Source: an uncultured Verrucomicrobiae bacterium (GTDB lineage Bacteria > Verrucomicrobiota > Verrucomicrobiia > Chthoniobacterales > JAFAMB01). Taken from it: 64,000 nt of DNA. A program made the position numbers and the translations under genes. The DNA lies in the NCBI GenBank assembly GCA_963813025.1, contig CAWEXO010000005.1:96001-160000 (forward strand), in the 5' to 3' direction. Under the pieces are notes generated by a model. It did not search any database, was not told where the DNA came from, and saw nothing but the letters and a program-made list of their open reading frames with translations. Positions 59,593 through 64,000 of the stretch are shown here, piece by piece. Position 1 is the stretch's first letter; every line of letters begins with the position of its first letter.

Positions 59593-60576
59593 CTATTTGC
59601 GTACGAAATATTGATAATTTTTCTCATCCACAATTATCACACCGGTGTCCACGACCGCCGGAACACCGGTGACGTGCGCCCGTGCATTGTCGTTCGAAAT
59701 CGGTACGGGATGGTTCTTCAGATTAAAGAGAATTTGGAGCGCGTAAAAAGGCATCAACGCAGTTTGCTGGACAACGGTGGCGGAGATCACGCCGTCCTTG
59801 ATTGCTTGCAGCACCTCGTTACCGCGATCCATCGACACAATTTTCACCGTCCCCTTCTTCCCGGCTTCATTGACAGCGGTTGCCGCGCCGCTGCCACCGG
59901 CCGCTTCCACGCAACCGATGCCGGCCAAGTCGGGAAATTTCTGCAGCAGTGATGCCGCGGCCTGGGCCGCGACACTCGGATCGGATTGCGTATCAGCGAT
60001 TTGTACCAGTTGTATCCCCTGACCTTCGGCAAAGGCTTTTTTGTAGCCCGCGATGCGCTCCTCGAGATTGGATTGGCCCGGTTTGGTCATAAGAGCAACC
60101 TTCCCTTTTCCTCCAATCAGCCGCGCCAGCGTTTTCCCGCCTTCATAGCCGGCCTGCAGATTCCCCGTGCCGACAAAGGCTATGCGCTTCGAGCCGGGCA
60201 GATCAGCGTCAACAGTGACAACGGGGACCCCGGCGTCAGCCGATTTATCGACAATTGCGTTCAGTGAGGATTCGAAGCCGACCACGATTATGCCCGCTGG
60301 CTTTCGCGCAATCGCTTGCTCAAAAGCGGTTACCATCGCGGACATATCATAGCTCGCCGGACCGACGTACTCGGTTTGCACACCCATGACTTTACCTGCT
60401 TCTTGCAGGCCGAGTTTGTGATCGTAGAAATAGTCCAGGCTGCCGAGCGCAGACACTTGTATATAAAGTTGGTCAGATGTTTTCTGCTGAGCCGTCGCTG
60501 GGAGCAGCAGGCTGAGCGAGGCGATGAACGCGAACCAAATTGTTCGGCCAAGTCGGGGGGAACTTAGGTTGGGCAT
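59593..60576 (-). CDS. Sugar ABC substrate-binding protein
   Basis: Signal peptide; periplasmic binding protein type I pattern 'GVPVVTVDAD...FVGTGN'. Confidence 0.92.
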   Translation of the reverse strand: MPNLSSPRLGRTIWFAFIASLSLLLPATAQQKTSDQLYIQVSALGSLDYFYDHKLGLQEAGKVMGVQTEYVGPASYDMSAMVTAFEQAIARKPAGIIVVGFESSLNAIVDKSADAGVPVVTVDADLPGSKRIAFVGTGNLQAGYEGGKTLARLIGGKGKVALMTKPGQSNLEERIAGYKKAFAEGQGIQLVQIADTQSDPSVAAQAAASLLQKFPDLAGIGCVEAAGGSGAATAVNEAGKKGTVKIVSMDRGNEVLQAIKDGVISATVVQQTALMPFYALQILFNLKNHPVPISNDNARAHVTGVPAVVDTGVIIVDEKNYQYFVRK

Positions 60577-60689
60577 AGAATGTAAAGAGTTTTGTAGGTG
60601 CTATTGGACGACTGCGCTGGCTGGTCCGGAAACCAAACTGCGCCGAAAACAATAAACTGGCCGGAAACGCCCGCAAATCGATTATACAC

Positions 60690-61024
60690 CGCCGCTTGGC
60701 GTGATCGAACGGGAATCAACTAACGTGGTAGCGACGACGGACAAAATCGTGGCGCAAGCGCTCCGTACGGTGCGACGAGAGGCCTGTGAGGGTTTGACGG
60801 TTAAGAATCTGCTGCAACAGCTCAAGATCTGTCGCCAACCTCGAACTTCGTCTCAAAAAGAGTGCTCGGTCGCGCCAATCCACGACGAGATCACACGGAT
60901 CCGGCTGAAACGAGTTTGTCAATTACTCTATATAGGCGATCTGAACCTGGCGAGCATTGCCCAGCGGACAGGCTATTTGGATGTTTCTCTCATGAGCAGA
61001 TCGTTCCGAAAACGTACGCCATGA
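60690..61024 (+). pseudogene. Remnant of a XylR-type AraC regulator (C-terminal part only)
   Basis: 'PPLGVIERESTNVVATTD..VAQAL' linker and HTH 'IAQRTGY...FRK'. The ligand-binding domain is absent and the HTH is degraded and truncated. Confidence 0.7.
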
Positions 61025-62506
61025 TCAGGGGTTCGCCGGATCCTTTGTCAAACTGCCATTCACTAGACGCCAGATCCCGAGCGGGTTGCGATCTTTTAAG
61101 GCGTCCGGCAGCAGATCCTGCGGCGCGTTCTGAAAGCAAACAGGTCGAGCAAATCGGAGAATGGCGGCCGTCCCTACCGAGGTGAAGCGGGAATCTGTGG
61201 TGGCAGGAAAAGGTCCACCGTGCTGCATGGAAGGGCAGACCTCGACGCCAGTGGGAAAACCATTCCAAAGGACTCGCCCGGCTTTTTCACGCAAAACCAA
61301 AAAGAGCCGCGACGCCGAAGGCAGATCACGGTCCGTGCCGTGAACGCTGGCCGTGAGTTGTCCATCGAGGTCTGAGGCCAGCCGGAGCATTTCTTCCTCA
61401 TCTCCGCATTCAACCAAGACAGTAAGCGGCCCAAAGATCTCGTGATGGAGATTTTTGTTCGATTGGTAGGTATTGGCGTCGACAACGGCCAGGTAAGCGC
61501 CTCCGGAGGCCTGAATGAATTGCTGAACTTTCGCGAGATTATCTTTGAAACCTTGCGCGATCTTGTCCGTCAACATTCGTCCACACGGAAAAGCTGCTAG
61601 TTCACGAGCGAGAGCCTGACGAAACGAATCCAGAGCGGAGTTTTTGACCGCAAACACAAGACCCGGTTTGGTGCAGAACTGTCCATCTCCCAGCGTGACT
61701 GACCCGGCCAACCCTTTGGCCAGACCCGCAGTGTCATTGGCCAGGGATCCTGGCAACAGGAACAATGGATTCAAGCTGCTCATTTCGGAGAAAACCGGGA
61801 TCGGATCCGGCCGGGAGGCGCCGGCATCGAAAATGGCCCGGCCCGCAGCGAGGGAACCAGTAAAGCCGACCGCTTTGATCCGTGAATCTTTTACGAGGGA
61901 TAAGCCTGCTTCGACGCTGGTATCGTCGACCATTCCAAACACGCCTTCTGAGTAGCTGGTTTTCTTGATCGCTCGTTCGATCGCTTCCGCCACGAGTCGG
62001 GAGGTTTCGGGATGTCCGGGATGCGGCTTGACCACGGTTGAGCAACCGGCGGCCCACGCGGAGGCGGTATCGCCCCCGGCAACTGAGAACGCAAAGGGGA
62101 AGTTGCTCGCCGCAAAAACCGCGACCGGTCCAATGGGAAAAAGCATCCGGCGGAGATCCGGTTTCGGAATCGGTTTGCGTTCTGGCTCGCCGGTGTCGAC
62201 GCGCGCATCAATCCAGGAACCTTTCCGGACCAACGCTCCGAACAGTCGAAGCTGGTTGACCGTGCGTGCTCGCTCGCCGGTTAGCCGCGCCTCGGACAGC
62301 GCCGTTTCTTTTTGGCAGACCAGGATCAATTCATCGCCAACCGCAAGAATCGCCTCGGCGACCTGGTCGAGGAATTCGGCAAGTCTTTCTGAGTCCGGCG
62401 CGACATACGCCGCGGCTCGCCGAAGGAGGGATTCAGTGGTTTCAACCATATTTGGCAGCAAGGTAGGACAAGCTTCCCAGCTTGTCATTTCAGGTCCAGC
62501 AGACAA
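61025..62506 (-). CDS. NADP-dependent aldehyde dehydrogenase (alpha-ketoglutarate semialdehyde dehydrogenase type)
   Basis: 'GERARTVNQL', 'ASNFPFAFSVAGGDTASA', 'GQFCTKPG', 'GFPTGVEV'. Confidence 0.9.
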   Translation of the reverse strand: MSAGPEMTSWEACPTLLPNMVETTESLLRRAAAYVAPDSERLAEFLDQVAEAILAVGDELILVCQKETALSEARLTGERARTVNQLRLFGALVRKGSWIDARVDTGEPERKPIPKPDLRRMLFPIGPVAVFAASNFPFAFSVAGGDTASAWAAGCSTVVKPHPGHPETSRLVAEAIERAIKKTSYSEGVFGMVDDTSVEAGLSLVKDSRIKAVGFTGSLAAGRAIFDAGASRPDPIPVFSEMSSLNPLFLLPGSLANDTAGLAKGLAGSVTLGDGQFCTKPGLVFAVKNSALDSFRQALARELAAFPCGRMLTDKIAQGFKDNLAKVQQFIQASGGAYLAVVDANTYQSNKNLHHEIFGPLTVLVECGDEEEMLRLASDLDGQLTASVHGTDRDLPSASRLFLVLREKAGRVLWNGFPTGVEVCPSMQHGGPFPATTDSRFTSVGTAAILRFARPVCFQNAPQDLLPDALKDRNPLGIWRLVNGSLTKDPANP

Positions 62507-62680
62507 ACGACGACCTCATCGCCGGCTAAATGCTCGTAATAACGAAGATGCTGCGCGCTCAAAAGACTGTTTCAAGATCTTTTCGTAGAAAACACAGCAG
62601 AATTTTCGGGCGAGTCCGAAAATTCTGCTGCCACAGCCTGCATCGCCTCCAAATCCCTAAGGATTTGCGAGCGATGCAGG

Positions 62681-63952
62681 CTAACTCTTCGGTGTGCCGG
62701 CAAGCTCCATCGCACCGTCTGCTTGAGCGCATCTCCTTAAGGCAAGCACCCGATCGAGGACCGGCGGATGCGTGTAGCGGAGCATAACTAACAGCCAATG
62801 AGGAGTGAGGTTGGAAAGGTTTTCGCGGCTGAGGCGCTTCAAGGCCAGAATCAACGGCTCGGAATCACCGAGCGCCCGCGCCGCAAAATGGTCCGCCTCA
62901 TACTCATGGCGACGGCTCCACCACTTGCTGAAAACACCGAAGGCTATGCCGGCCGGTCTCAGCAAAATCAGCATGAGAGCCAAACCAACATAGTAGGAAG
63001 GAGTAGTCACCCCGAATGCCGCGAAGAGCGGCGGCCAGGAAATACAAAACGCGGACAAAAGAAAAAGACCGAACAACGTCACTTGGCCAAAGACAAAATG
63101 CTGAAGAATGTGCCGGCGCTTGAAGTGGCCGATCTCATGCGCAAGAATCGCGAGCAACTCTGCGGTGGGATGGCTGTTGATCAGCGTGTCATAAAGGGCG
63201 ATCCGTTTGTTCGAGCCGAATCCGGTCAGAAACGCGTTTGCCTTCGAAGAGCGCCGGGACCCGTCAATCACGAGAAGGTCTGTGACGGGAAAGCGCTGTT
63301 GGGCGCACAATTCAATGATGCGCTCCCGCAGTTCGCCATCCGGCACCCGAGTTAGCCGGTAGAAAAGTGGCAGAATAAGCGGCGGCGCCACGTAGACCAG
63401 CAGGACCGACAAGCATGCGGTAATGCTCCAGGCGATCCACCAGGCGTTCAGTCCAAACGACTGGAACAGGTAAAGCACGACAGTGACGATCCCGGTTGCC
63501 AGAGCGAGCGCCAAGGACCACTCTTTGATCCGATCCAGTACAAAGGTGGATAATGTTGCTCGATTGAACCCGAATCGCTGTTCAATGACAAAGGTCTGGT
63601 AGTAATCGAAAGGCAAACTCAGTAGCTCCCGCGCAACCGCTAAGATTCCTAGATAGACTATGCCGGCCAGTACCGAATGCAGATGAAAAGAGCGCAACCA
63701 GTCGTCCAATTTGCCGAAACCACCCACACCCCAGAATGTTAGTAATGCCGTCAAGCCGGTCGCGGAAGCAGCGAGATCCACCCAGGTATTCTGCCGCGTA
63801 TACGCCAGCGAACGCTGGTAGCGATATTCGTCGTACACCTCAGAAAACTCGTCCGGGATCTTGGCGTGAAGGCAGCGCAGGTTGAGTATTTTTGAGAGGA
63901 GATCGACCGCGAAATAACCTACCAGCGCGACCAGAAGAAGGGCGGAGAGCAT
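62681..63952 (-). CDS. M48 (Ste24-like) zinc metallopeptidase
   Basis: 'DGSRRSSKANA', HExxH 'AHEIGH', 'EYEAD', 'THPP'. Confidence 0.95.
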   Translation of the reverse strand: MLSALLLVALVGYFAVDLLSKILNLRCLHAKIPDEFSEVYDEYRYQRSLAYTRQNTWVDLAASATGLTALLTFWGVGGFGKLDDWLRSFHLHSVLAGIVYLGILAVARELLSLPFDYYQTFVIEQRFGFNRATLSTFVLDRIKEWSLALALATGIVTVVLYLFQSFGLNAWWIAWSITACLSVLLVYVAPPLILPLFYRLTRVPDGELRERIIELCAQQRFPVTDLLVIDGSRRSSKANAFLTGFGSNKRIALYDTLINSHPTAELLAILAHEIGHFKRRHILQHFVFGQVTLFGLFLLSAFCISWPPLFAAFGVTTPSYYVGLALMLILLRPAGIAFGVFSKWWSRRHEYEADHFAARALGDSEPLILALKRLSRENLSNLTPHWLLVMLRYTHPPVLDRVLALRRCAQADGAMELAGTPKS

Positions 63953-64000
63953 ATCGGTGTCCTGGGCGAACGAAAACAGCCGGACCGCCGCGGTCAGGCT

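Overview
This is a 64-kb bacterial chromosomal window. Gene content and protein style suggest Verrucomicrobiota, probably Chthoniobacterales-like (inference). (1) 1-3780 is the end of a lambda-type head/packaging element (capsid, decoration protein, candidate cos, TerS, TerL) abutting the 3' end of tRNA-Leu(TAA). (2) 3.9-35 kb is mostly core genes (csrA, flgN-like, fliA, mqnE, ECF sigma, gatB, aroC, CbiX/DR2241, dac, rpoN, MglB-like/mglA/ExbBD/TonB-like, guaB-family, fabF, ATP-grasp/alpha-E fusion, prpE). (3) 36-64 kb is sugar uptake and catabolism (several ABC systems, dgoD-like, araD1, KGSA-type aldehyde dehydrogenase). Intergenic spaces hold several families of nested palindromic REP-like repeats. 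The best finding is an IS110 element (45671-47355) inserted precisely into one of these REPs. Its non-coding end reads as a bridge RNA whose guide segments match the REP target and the element's own ends, a -35/-10 promoter forms only on circularisation, and an additional 5' hairpin carries another REP-matching segment. The second finding is an unannotated four-helix-bundle (IVP/Avd-like) gene boxed by 70-bp inverted repeats and a 9-bp direct repeat. Several genes, including gatB, carry single-base frameshifts that look like assembly indel errors. All calls come from reading the sequence by eye; no searches were run.
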